Positions 1 through 8,659 of a stretch of 64,000 nt of DNA are shown one piece after another (position 1 is the stretch's first letter; each line of letters starts with the position of its first letter). A model generated the notes under the pieces. The model made no database searches. It had not been told where the DNA came from and saw only the letters and a program-made list of their open reading frames with translations. The position numbers and the translations under genes were made by a program. Location: NCBI GenBank assembly GCA_903854725.1, contig CAINWZ010000144.1, positions 1,212 to 65,211 of the forward strand, written 5' to 3'. This stretch comes from an uncultured Bacteroidota bacterium (GTDB lineage: Bacteria > Bacteroidota > Bacteroidia > Chitinophagales > Chitinophagaceae).

Positions 1-1
1 C

Positions 2-1039
2 CACGATATTTCAGCAACAGATACCCTTATCGATTTAAATCGTGCGGGGACTCCCCTTGTTGAAATGGTCACCGAACCTTGTATTCATTCTGCAGAAGAT
101 GCCTTTTTATTTGTAACTGAAGTAAGAAAACTTGTTCGCTGGATAGGAATATGTGATGGCAATATGGAAGAAGGAAGTTTGAGATGTGATGCCAATATAT
201 CAATTCGATTAAAAGGAGTAACCACCTTAGGCACTAGGGTCGAAATTAAAAACTTAAACTCCATACGTAATATAAAAAAAGCAATAGAATTTGAAATTGA
301 AAGACTCATTCAAATTACAGAGACTGGCGAAAAGATAGTTCAACAAACAAGAAGTTTTGACGCTACCAATGATACTACTTTTTCTATTCGTGATAAAGAA
401 GACGCTAATGATTATAGATATTTCCCCGATCCAGATTTAGCCCCTTTTCACTTAACTACCGCCTATATTGATGCGATTCGAAGTAAATTGCCTGCTCTTC
501 CTGCAACATTAAAAAAGCAGTGGAAAATACAATATGATTTGTCGGCTTATGCTATTGAGCAATTAGTAGAAAATAAAGAGGAAGCCGATTTTTACATACA
601 ATGGGCTGCTGCATCAACGCATTATAAAGCAATTGCCAATTGGATGATTGGTCCTATTAGAGCCTATTTAAATGAAGGCGGTGGCAATTTCAAAGCGCTC
701 ATTACATTGATCCCTTATTTAGTGGAGTTAGTAGAATTGGTGGAGAGTAACCAGTTAAACTTTTCTGTAGCAAGCACTAAAATTTTAAAGGAGATCATCT
801 CCCATCCTCAATCACCCAAGGCATATGCGCTAAATAATAATCTATTGCAATCTAATTCAATGGAAGATTTGGAAAAATGGATAGATGAAGTTTTAAAGAA
901 TCACCCCGCCGAAGTGGAAGCCTATAAAAAAGGTAAAAAAGCAATCATAGGGGTTTTTGTAGGGGAAGTAAAAAAAATAAGTAAAGGCAAAGCTGATCCT
1001 AAAATGACAACTTCCTTGCTAGCACAAAAATTAGCTTAA
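2..1039 (+). CDS. gatB: Asp-tRNA(Asn)/Glu-tRNA(Gln) amidotransferase subunit B, 5' end outside window
   Basis: Frame is open from base 2 (HDISATDTLIDLNRAGTPLVEMVTEP). GatB motifs GNMEEGSLRCDANIS, EIKNLNS and YRYFPDPDL, plus a C-terminal Yqey-like end (GKADPK). Confidence 0.97.
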   Translation, partial: HDISATDTLIDLNRAGTPLVEMVTEPCIHSAEDAFLFVTEVRKLVRWIGICDGNMEEGSLRCDANISIRLKGVTTLGTRVEIKNLNSIRNIKKAIEFEIERLIQITETGEKIVQQTRSFDATNDTTFSIRDKEDANDYRYFPDPDLAPFHLTTAYIDAIRSKLPALPATLKKQWKIQYDLSAYAIEQLVENKEEADFYIQWAAASTHYKAIANWMIGPIRAYLNEGGGNFKALITLIPYLVELVELVESNQLNFSVASTKILKEIISHPQSPKAYALNNNLLQSNSMEDLEKWIDEVLKNHPAEVEAYKKGKKAIIGVFVGEVKKISKGKADPKMTTSLLAQKLA

Positions 1040-1084
1040 AAAATAATAAAGTCATACCTATAAATAAAATAAATTTAATTAGTA

Positions 1085-2221
1085 ATGTATAATAAAATAA
1101 TAATTGCCCTTTTAGTGAGTATCACATTCACCACTATAGGTTGCAAAAACAATTCAAGTGAAAAAAACTATACTGTAGCAGGTACGATTCAGCATGCCGC
1201 CAAAATAAAACTTTTATTACAAGAAGTTCCTTATGGCGGATTGCCCATTATCACAATGGATTCTGTCACTTTAGGAGAAGATGGAAAATATTCTTTTGAA
1301 TTCATTGCAAAGCAAGAAGGCATTTATCGTATTGCCACTGATAAAGAAATGGAGATTATCTTTATCAACGATGAAGAAAATATTCAAATAAATGCTGATG
1401 CAAATAATTATCAAACCTATACCATCAAAGGCTCAAAAACAAGTCAAGCATTGATTGATTTTTTAATTCAATATCGTAAAAAAGATTCCTCTTTATTTTC
1501 TACTATTTATAATTTAGAGGCGCTTCAAAAGCAAAATGGGAAAGATAGCACTGTCTATTGGCTACAAAAACAACGTATAGATAAAATTAACGATATCAAT
1601 AAATTTGTAGAAAATGCAATCACTAGTGCTACTAGTCCTGCCTTCGCTTATTATACTTTAGGGCTTAGTTTAAGATCTATGGAATCTGCACAGGTATTAG
1701 CTTTAGCGAAAGCAACAGCCGAAAAATTAAAAGCAGATCCATTGATTCAATTTGCTAATTTATTAACCACGCAAGTACAAGCCAATACAAAAACAAACGC
1801 TATCTCAATTGGCATGATGGCTCCTGAAATTTCATTGCCAGATGCCAATGGTAAAATTATTTCATTAACTAGCTTAAGAGGCAAATATGTATTAGTTGAT
1901 TTTTGGGCAAGTTGGTGCGGACCTTGCAGAGGAGAAAATCCGAATGTAGTTGTAGCCTTTGAAAAATACAAACAAAAAAACTTTACTGTACTCGGCGTTT
2001 CTCTTGATGATGATAAGGCCAACTGGCAAGAAGCCATTAAGGACGATAAACTCAATTGGCAACATATTAGCGACTTAAAAAAATGGGAAAGCATAGTAGT
2101 GAGTGCCTATCAAATAGAAGGCATTCCTTTTAATATATTATTAGACCCTACGGGGAAAGTAATAGCTACAGACTTAAGAGGCCCAGCTTTGCAGGATACC
2201 CTTGCTTCTATTCTACATTAA
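1085..2221 (+). CDS. TlpA-family thiol:disulfide oxidoreductase lipoprotein (DUF4369-like N-terminus plus AhpC/TSA domain)
   Basis: Lipobox TTIGC and thioredoxin motif VDFWASWCGPCRGENP. Confidence 0.9.
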   Translation: MYNKIIIALLVSITFTTIGCKNNSSEKNYTVAGTIQHAAKIKLLLQEVPYGGLPIITMDSVTLGEDGKYSFEFIAKQEGIYRIATDKEMEIIFINDEENIQINADANNYQTYTIKGSKTSQALIDFLIQYRKKDSSLFSTIYNLEALQKQNGKDSTVYWLQKQRIDKINDINKFVENAITSATSPAFAYYTLGLSLRSMESAQVLALAKATAEKLKADPLIQFANLLTTQVQANTKTNAISIGMMAPEISLPDANGKIISLTSLRGKYVLVDFWASWCGPCRGENPNVVVAFEKYKQKNFTVLGVSLDDDKANWQEAIKDDKLNWQHISDLKKWESIVVSAYQIEGIPFNILLDPTGKVIATDLRGPALQDTLASILH

Positions 2222-2251
2222 TAAACAATCTAGCTGCAAGTATAAAGCCAA

Positions 2252-4576
2252 TTAAACTTGTTTGATAAAAGTTTTTATTAAAGCAGGTAATAAAATTAAA
2301 TTCGTAAAAGTACTTACTACTAGCGTGAGTGAAGTAAGCCAACCTAATGCTTTAGTTCCGCCAAAATCGCTAAAGCAAAAAATTACAAAGCCTGCCACCA
2401 ATACCAAGGAAGTATAAATTATACTTATACCTGTGTGCTTTATGGTTTGAACCAGTGTTATATGCACTTGGTTGTTTAAGCGAGGAAGTTCCTGTTTATA
2501 ATTTACTAAAAAGCGAATGGTAACATCTATCGCAATGCCCAGGGCTACACTAAAAACTAAGACAGTAGATGGCTTTAATGAAACCCCTACCCATCCCATC
2601 AAACCTGCTGTAATTAATAAGGGTACGATATTAGGAACCAAAGAGCACATTAAGATGGGGAAAGATCGAAATAAGAAAATCATACAAATAGCAATTAATA
2701 AAAATGCCCAAAGGATAGATTCCCCTAATCCTTTTATAATAAAATTACTTCCTTCTAAAAAAGTAACACTACTTCCTGTAATCTCCACTTTATATTTACT
2801 CGTATCAAAAATAGCTTTCGTAGCACTATCAATTCTTTGCAAAAAGATTGGAAGCGCTGCACTACCAATGTCTTTCATATTCACACTCACCCTGGTTTCA
2901 CTTTTATCCTTATCTATAAATTTTGATAATAATTGTGTGGGGCTAGTACCAGCAGCCGGTGTATTTTTTTGGTCTATTGCTAAATAGGGTGCCATAAAAG
3001 CCATTTCTGTTCCAGAAGGAATAGTGTATGCATTGGAATCTCCATCATAGTAGGCTTGTTTTGCAAATTTAATGCCTTCAATTAATCCAAGTGGTTTTCC
3101 TAATTCGGGCTGTTGGACTAAAAATTCATGCAATTGATCAATCGCTTCCAAAGGTTTGATACTTCTCGTTAAACCATTTTTCTTCTTAGTGTCTATCACT
3201 ATCTCTAATGGCATAACCCCTCCCGCTTCTTTTTCAAACCATTTTAAATCGGTATATAATGTATCTTTCTTAGGCAAATCATCTACAATAAAAGCTTCTT
3301 TTTTGATACGCATCAACCCCATCATAGAAATGACTACAAGGACTGTTGTGATGGTAAAAACCCATTTAGTATGATGAAAGGTCCAACGTTCTATTTTAAC
3401 CAAAACTTTTTCTAAAAATTTATTCTCTAAATATTTTACATGTTTAGTGGCAGGGGGTTGCAAATAAATAAGTACTGGAGGGATAAACAAAAGACTAATA
3501 AAAAATAAAGCCATAATATTTAACCCAGATACCCAGCCAAACTCTTTTAACAAAGGGCTTTTAGTAAAGGCAAATACAAAAAATCCTATGGCAGCAGTTA
3601 TATTACAAAATAGTGTGACCACTCCCATTCTGCCAACCATTTGTTCAATAGCTTCTTGTTTATTATTGGTTTCCTTATAAGAGGTATGATATTTATTTAA
3701 AAAATAAATACAATTAGGAATGCCTATCACAACAATCAATGGTGGTATAAGTGCTGTTAATAAAGTAATTTTTTGCCCCAATAAAACCATCGTGCCAAAA
3801 CTCCAAATCACTCCCATCATTACCACCGTTAAACTTAATAAAGTGGCGGAAATAGATCTAAAAAATAAAAGTAAAGTAATAGCAGATAATAAAAGTGAAC
3901 CAATCAAGAACCAAAGCATTTCTTTTTTAATTCTTTCAGCAAGTATCGTGCGAATATAAGGCAAGCCACTAATATGAATAGCCAGCTGGCTTTTTACAGC
4001 AAAGGCATCCAGCTTAGATTTTAATTTGTTAATGATGCCCGATCTCGCACCACTATTAATTGAATCTGGTAAAAAACTAATAGCCATGATATAGGAATGA
4101 CTAATAGGATTATACATTAAATTTTTATAAAAAGGAAGCTGTTCTAATATAGCCTTATCTGCAAGTAAAGCGCTGTCAGAAGTATAAGAAGCATTAAAAA
4201 CTTTATGTGCTACAAACTTATTAGCTACTGTGTCTTTGATAATTGTAAATGCATTGGGCACACTTACCACTTCGGTCACACCAGGAATGGTTTTAATATC
4301 TTTTTGTAATTCAGCTACTTGATTAAAAATAGTGGTAGTAAAAAATTGGTCTGTTTGAAAACCAACTACCATCGTAGTGCCATCTACTCCAAACTTTTTA
4401 ACAAAATTCTTATACATTACAAATTTTGCATTGTCTTCCGGTATGGCTTTTGTAAACTCATAACTTAATTTTACTTGCGCTGCAAAATAACCCATAAACA
4501 AAGTGCTTATAGCTAAAAATGTCAATGCAGCTACTTTGTATTTTACGATGAGCTTCCCTAGTTGATACCAAGTCAT
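2252..4576 (-). CDS. MMPL/RND-family membrane transporter
   Basis: 774 aa with two repeats of TM, large periplasmic loop and 5 TM. HISGLPY and ITGSSV hinge motifs; GIAID in the second repeat. Confidence 0.9.
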   Translation of the reverse strand: MTWYQLGKLIVKYKVAALTFLAISTLFMGYFAAQVKLSYEFTKAIPEDNAKFVMYKNFVKKFGVDGTTMVVGFQTDQFFTTTIFNQVAELQKDIKTIPGVTEVVSVPNAFTIIKDTVANKFVAHKVFNASYTSDSALLADKAILEQLPFYKNLMYNPISHSYIMAISFLPDSINSGARSGIINKLKSKLDAFAVKSQLAIHISGLPYIRTILAERIKKEMLWFLIGSLLLSAITLLLFFRSISATLLSLTVVMMGVIWSFGTMVLLGQKITLLTALIPPLIVVIGIPNCIYFLNKYHTSYKETNNKQEAIEQMVGRMGVVTLFCNITAAIGFFVFAFTKSPLLKEFGWVSGLNIMALFFISLLFIPPVLIYLQPPATKHVKYLENKFLEKVLVKIERWTFHHTKWVFTITTVLVVISMMGLMRIKKEAFIVDDLPKKDTLYTDLKWFEKEAGGVMPLEIVIDTKKKNGLTRSIKPLEAIDQLHEFLVQQPELGKPLGLIEGIKFAKQAYYDGDSNAYTIPSGTEMAFMAPYLAIDQKNTPAAGTSPTQLLSKFIDKDKSETRVSVNMKDIGSAALPIFLQRIDSATKAIFDTSKYKVEITGSSVTFLEGSNFIIKGLGESILWAFLLIAICMIFLFRSFPILMCSLVPNIVPLLITAGLMGWVGVSLKPSTVLVFSVALGIAIDVTIRFLVNYKQELPRLNNQVHITLVQTIKHTGISIIYTSLVLVAGFVIFCFSDFGGTKALGWLTSLTLVVSTFTNLILLPALIKTFIKQV

Positions 4577-4590
4577 AGTTTACATTTAAA

Positions 4591-5229
4591 TTAAATCACC
4601 CAAAAAAATGCTGCCAATTGTGTACTAATCCCTATTGCAAATCCAACCACCAATTCTTTATTTGTATGATCGCTTACAATCATTCTTGCACTCACCACTA
4701 TTGCTGCTATCATTATTGATAACAATACCCAAATCAAATTATTTATTGGATAATAAAAGCTAACCAATGCCACAGCCATCATTAACCCACTCACCCCCAT
4801 GGCATGTAAACTTACTTTCATAAAATTATTTACGGTAAGTCCAATAGCACTTGCTATAAAAATGCCAAAATAAAAATATTTCAATGCTAAAGGCTGGTCG
4901 GTGAAGTTTCTGCTTAAATAATACATCCACCAATAAAAAAACATGACGATGACATAAGGAATAATTCTTTCCTTTTGTGTTTTTAAAAAAATGTTATCGC
5001 TAAATTTTAACCTCCATAATAAAAAAACTGCAAAAGCAGGAAAAAAGGCCGTCAACCAAAAAACACTAAATAATTTCATCTTTAATTGCCAATCGGTAAT
5101 ACTCGCAAATTCAAAAGGCATTACTTGCATTAAATATAGAAAAAAATAAGTGGGGATGAATAAAGGATGTAATACATAAGACACAAAATGAGCTATCATT
5201 TTTAAAAACTTCGGGGATTGATTTTCCAT
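4591..5229 (-). CDS. Conserved polytopic membrane protein (PAP2-like, Bacteroidota)
   Basis: About 6 hydrophobic segments; SYVLHPLF, KERIIPY, KVSLHAMG and SARMIVSDHT resemble a PAP2-like membrane family. Confidence 0.6.
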   Translation of the reverse strand: MENQSPKFLKMIAHFVSYVLHPLFIPTYFFLYLMQVMPFEFASITDWQLKMKLFSVFWLTAFFPAFAVFLLWRLKFSDNIFLKTQKERIIPYVIVMFFYWWMYYLSRNFTDQPLALKYFYFGIFIASAIGLTVNNFMKVSLHAMGVSGLMMAVALVSFYYPINNLIWVLLSIMIAAIVVSARMIVSDHTNKELVVGFAIGISTQLAAFFWVI

Positions 5230-5249
5230 GTGTCGATTTAAAATTTTAA

Positions 5250-6785
5250 CTAGAGTTCTTTGCGAAGCCTAGCAACAGGTACATTTAATTGTTCTCTATA
5301 TTTAGCTACAGTTCTTCTAGCAATATTATACCCTTTTTGTTGCAACTGCTCTGTTAACTCATCGTCACTAAAGGGCTTATGCTTATCTTCAGATTCCAAG
5401 AGTTCTTCTAATATAGCTTTTACTTCCTTTGTACTTACTTCTTCTCCAGAATCGGTTGTTAAAGATTCACTAAAAAAATATTTCAATAAAAAAGTACCAA
5501 ATTCAGTTTGAACATACTTGCTATTGGCTACCCTACTCACCGTCGAAACATCTAAGGCTGTTTTTTCTGCGATATCTTTTAAAATCATAGGTTTTAACTT
5601 AGTCGTATCGCCTGTCATAAAAAAAGCTTCTTGATGCATCAATATCGACTTCATCGTATGCAACAATGTCTGCTGTCTTTGCTGTATCATCTCTATAAAC
5701 CACTTGGCTGAATCTATTTTTTGTTTGATAAAAAATACAGCTTCCTTTTGTGATTTATCTTGCTTATTACTATGTTCATACTCCCGAAGCATTAACTTAT
5801 AATCATCGCTGATAACCAATGGAGGTGCATTACGGCTGTTTAAGGTTAATTCTAAATTTCCATTGTTAAGAAGTACTGTAAAATCAGGTATGATATATTT
5901 ATCCGCCTCACTCATATGCCCCGTCTCTGCGCCTGGCTTAGGATTTAAAGAAATAATTTGATGCAATACTTCTTTCATTTGCACTTCGTCTAAATGTAAA
6001 CTCTTTTGTATTTTATCGTAGTGCTTGCGGGTAAATTCTTCAAAATGCTTTTCAATAACGACGATTGCAAGTCTTCTTATCTCCTCTGTAGTGGGCTCTT
6101 GCAAAGCCTGCTCATTCATTTCAGCTTGTTTCCTTTTTAACTGAATCAATAAACATTCTTGCAAATTTCTAGCACCTATACCCGGGGGATCGAATTGTTG
6201 TACTTTTAATAACAAGGCTTCGATTTCTTTTTCTTCCACCCACATGCTTTGTTTAAATGCCAAATCATCAGCGATAGATTGTAAGGCTCTTCTTAAGTAA
6301 CCATCATCATCCAAACTACCTACAATTTGTTCTGCGATTTTATAGTCCTTGTCGGCCAATGCCAACATACTCAATTGATCCATCAATAATTCATGTAAAC
6401 TTTGTTCCGCTTTAATGGGAATGACCTTGTCATTGTCTAACTCAGGATAATAATCATCTTTCGTTTTATAATCTGCCACATCTCCTTCATCGTCAAAACT
6501 ATATTCGCTTAATTCTTCATTACTCATTTCAAATTCATCCACAGGAATGGCCTCTTCTTCCTCCAAAGCGCTTTGTAATAAATCATCTGGCATTTCTTCA
6601 ACCGATTTCTCCATATCTCCTTCCAACAAATCGGCATTCATTTCTAAAGCGGGATTTTCTTCTAATTCTTCTTTAACTCTTTGTTCAATTTGAGCAGTAG
6701 GAACTTGCAACAACTTCATGAGTTGTATTTGCTGAGGCGACAATCGTTGTAATTGTCTTTGTTGCAGAGATTGACCTAATGACAT
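5250..6785 (-). CDS. rpoN: RNA polymerase sigma-54 factor
   Basis: Q-rich region I (QQRQLQRLSPQQIQ), DPPGIGARNLQECL, HTH (DVSTVSRVANSKY) and RpoN box ARRTVAKYRE. Confidence 0.97.
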   Translation of the reverse strand: MSLGQSLQQRQLQRLSPQQIQLMKLLQVPTAQIEQRVKEELEENPALEMNADLLEGDMEKSVEEMPDDLLQSALEEEEAIPVDEFEMSNEELSEYSFDDEGDVADYKTKDDYYPELDNDKVIPIKAEQSLHELLMDQLSMLALADKDYKIAEQIVGSLDDDGYLRRALQSIADDLAFKQSMWVEEKEIEALLLKVQQFDPPGIGARNLQECLLIQLKRKQAEMNEQALQEPTTEEIRRLAIVVIEKHFEEFTRKHYDKIQKSLHLDEVQMKEVLHQIISLNPKPGAETGHMSEADKYIIPDFTVLLNNGNLELTLNSRNAPPLVISDDYKLMLREYEHSNKQDKSQKEAVFFIKQKIDSAKWFIEMIQQRQQTLLHTMKSILMHQEAFFMTGDTTKLKPMILKDIAEKTALDVSTVSRVANSKYVQTEFGTFLLKYFFSESLTTDSGEEVSTKEVKAILEELLESEDKHKPFSDDELTEQLQQKGYNIARRTVAKYREQLNVPVARLRKEL

Positions 6786-6795
6786 AATCGCTTCT

Positions 6796-7995
6796 TTAAG
6801 AAAGTGCTTTTGCTATCACATTTAAAAATGCAGTTCCTTTCTCATGTAGCTGCGACTCGGTCCAAGTTAAACTTATAGCAGTAGAAATACACCTGCTCAT
6901 AATGGCATCACTTTGATCAAAAGATTTTGTATTCAATGCTTGCAACGCTTTTTGTTGTGCCTCATTTAAGTGAGATAGGCTTTGCACTTTTTTAAGATGT
7001 TCCCATTTTTTTATATAATGCCAATTATTTGCATACCAATAAAAGTTACCCGCTAATATACCTGCTGCTTTCATTGCCTCAATTACTTTTATTGTTGCAG
7101 CTTCTGTAGGCAAAAACCATGTTAAGAAGCTAGCGCTATCTCCTTCTGGATCTGGAACAGTCCTAAAACTAATGCCAGGTACTTTTTCTAAATAAGATTT
7201 TAAAATATGATTGTTCTTTTTTTGTATCGCTAAAAATTGATCTAATTTTCTTATTTGTGCAAGACCAACCGCAGCATGTAATTCACTTATTCTAAAATTA
7301 TATCCTAAGAATGGATGTAAATCTGCTCCTCTATCAACTCCTAAATGATCGTGTCCATGATCGGTATACGCATCTGCTTTTGTATACACTGATTCGTCAT
7401 TCGTCATCACCACACCTCCTTCTCCACAAGTAATTGTTTTTACAAAATCAAAGGAAAATGTTCCTGCATGTCCAATGGTACCCAATTTTTTTCCTTTATA
7501 CGTTCCGCCAATGCTTTGGCAAGCATCTTCCAATAAGAGTAAATTATGTTTATCACAAATAGCCTTTAATGCATCTAGGTCGGCCATACTCCCACACATA
7601 TGCACTGGCATGATACATTTTGTTTTTGGGGTAATGGCTGCCTCTACCGCCGCTGGCGCTAAAGTTAGAGAGCTATCAATGTCCACTAAAATGGGCACTG
7701 CACCTACACTTAAAACTGCTTCAAAGCTTGCAACAAAGGTAAAAGCAGGCATGATAACCTCATCTCCAGCACCAATACCTAAGGATGCCATAGCTGTAGT
7801 TAATGCGGCTGTGCCGCTTGAAGTTAATTGAGCGTATTTGGTGCCAAAACGGCTACAAATGGCCTGTTCTAGCTCTTTTGATTTCCAGATACCCTTTCTA
7901 GGGCCATCAAAACCATAACGCATTAAAATACCGGTCTCAAGGACCTCATTTACTTCTTTTTTTTCTTCTTCTCCAAAGAATTCAAAACCTGGCAT
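6796..7995 (-). CDS. kdnA: DegT/DnrJ-family PLP aminotransferase, closely KdnA-like (Kdo8N transaminase)
   Basis: SSGTAAL, EDACQ and SFDFVKTITCGEGG (PLP Lys). N-terminus MPGFEFFGEEEK, DHGHDHLGVDRGA and FYWYANNWHY match Shewanella KdnA as I recall it. Confidence 0.75.
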   Translation of the reverse strand: MPGFEFFGEEEKKEVNEVLETGILMRYGFDGPRKGIWKSKELEQAICSRFGTKYAQLTSSGTAALTTAMASLGIGAGDEVIMPAFTFVASFEAVLSVGAVPILVDIDSSLTLAPAAVEAAITPKTKCIMPVHMCGSMADLDALKAICDKHNLLLLEDACQSIGGTYKGKKLGTIGHAGTFSFDFVKTITCGEGGVVMTNDESVYTKADAYTDHGHDHLGVDRGADLHPFLGYNFRISELHAAVGLAQIRKLDQFLAIQKKNNHILKSYLEKVPGISFRTVPDPEGDSASFLTWFLPTEAATIKVIEAMKAAGILAGNFYWYANNWHYIKKWEHLKKVQSLSHLNEAQQKALQALNTKSFDQSDAIMSRCISTAISLTWTESQLHEKGTAFLNVIAKALS

Positions 7996-8017
7996 ACCCT
8001 TTAGTTTTAATGATAAA

Positions 8018-8025
8018 CAAAGGTA
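8018..8025 (-). promoter_or_regulatory. Bacteroidota sigma-A -7 box TACCTTTG for the kdnA-rpoN operon
   Basis: CAAAGGTA on the + strand, 22 nt upstream of the ATG; fits TAnnTTTG. Confidence 0.7.
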
Positions 8026-8090
8026 GTTTAAAAAACGAAAATTGGGTGTTTTTCAGTAATTTGCGCCCGTAAAAAAACTACACCGAATTT

Positions 8091-8504
8091 ATGGAATACA
8101 GCAAATTGATAGCCGTGTCTGGCATGTCAGGTTTATTTGAATTATTGACTAGCAAAAGTGATGGCGCGATAGCTAAATCATTAGAAAATGATACTACTCA
8201 ATTCATTAGCTCAAGAGCACACCAATTCTCTCATTTGGAGAGTATTGAGGTATTTACTACCCGTGAGAACGTTTTTCTGGCTGAGGTATTTATAGCTATG
8301 GGTAAATCAAAAGAAGCTTTACCGAATGAAAAAGATCCAAAATTAGTACAAGCATACTTTAAAAAAACCTTCCCTAATATGGACTTTACCAGAGTCTATC
8401 CAAGTGATATGAAGAAAATGGTAAAGTGGTTTGCACAATTACAAAAACATCAAGTAGAGCCTACCCTTCCAGAGGAAGAAGAAGAAGAAGAATCAAAGGC
8501 ATAG
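8091..8504 (+). CDS. DUF5606-family protein with poly-Glu tail
   Basis: LIAVSGMSGLFEL N-terminus and RVYPSDMKKMVKW are typical of this Bacteroidota family; ends PEEEEEEESKA. Confidence 0.75.
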   Translation: MEYSKLIAVSGMSGLFELLTSKSDGAIAKSLENDTTQFISSRAHQFSHLESIEVFTTRENVFLAEVFIAMGKSKEALPNEKDPKLVQAYFKKTFPNMDFTRVYPSDMKKMVKWFAQLQKHQVEPTLPEEEEEEESKA

Positions 8505-8551
8505 GCCTTTGATGATGCAGGCTGAAAACTTCTGCCTTTTCTGATGCAGGC
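8505..8551. repeat. Two near-identical 18-bp units, each a GCCT...AGGC hairpin
   Basis: GCCTTTGATGATGCAGGC (8505-8522) and GCCTTTTCTGATGCAGGC (8534-8551), 16/18 identical. Confidence 0.6.
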
Positions 8552-8563
8552 AGATAACATTAT

Positions 8564-8599
8564 AAAAAAGCTTACCTAACCTAGGGTAAGTTTTTTTTT
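8564..8599 (+). terminator. Intrinsic terminator
   Basis: AAAAAAGCTTACC-TAACCTAG-GGTAAG followed by T9. Confidence 0.8.
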
Positions 8600-8659
8600 A
8601 TCCTTAAATTGCAATACGGTCAATAACTACAAAATAATATTGCCCAAAATTAACTACGA

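Noticed and set aside
8472-8492. GAA tandem run as a contingency or phase-variable locus
   Set aside because: It is a triplet repeat encoding a poly-Glu tail, so slippage would not change the frame.
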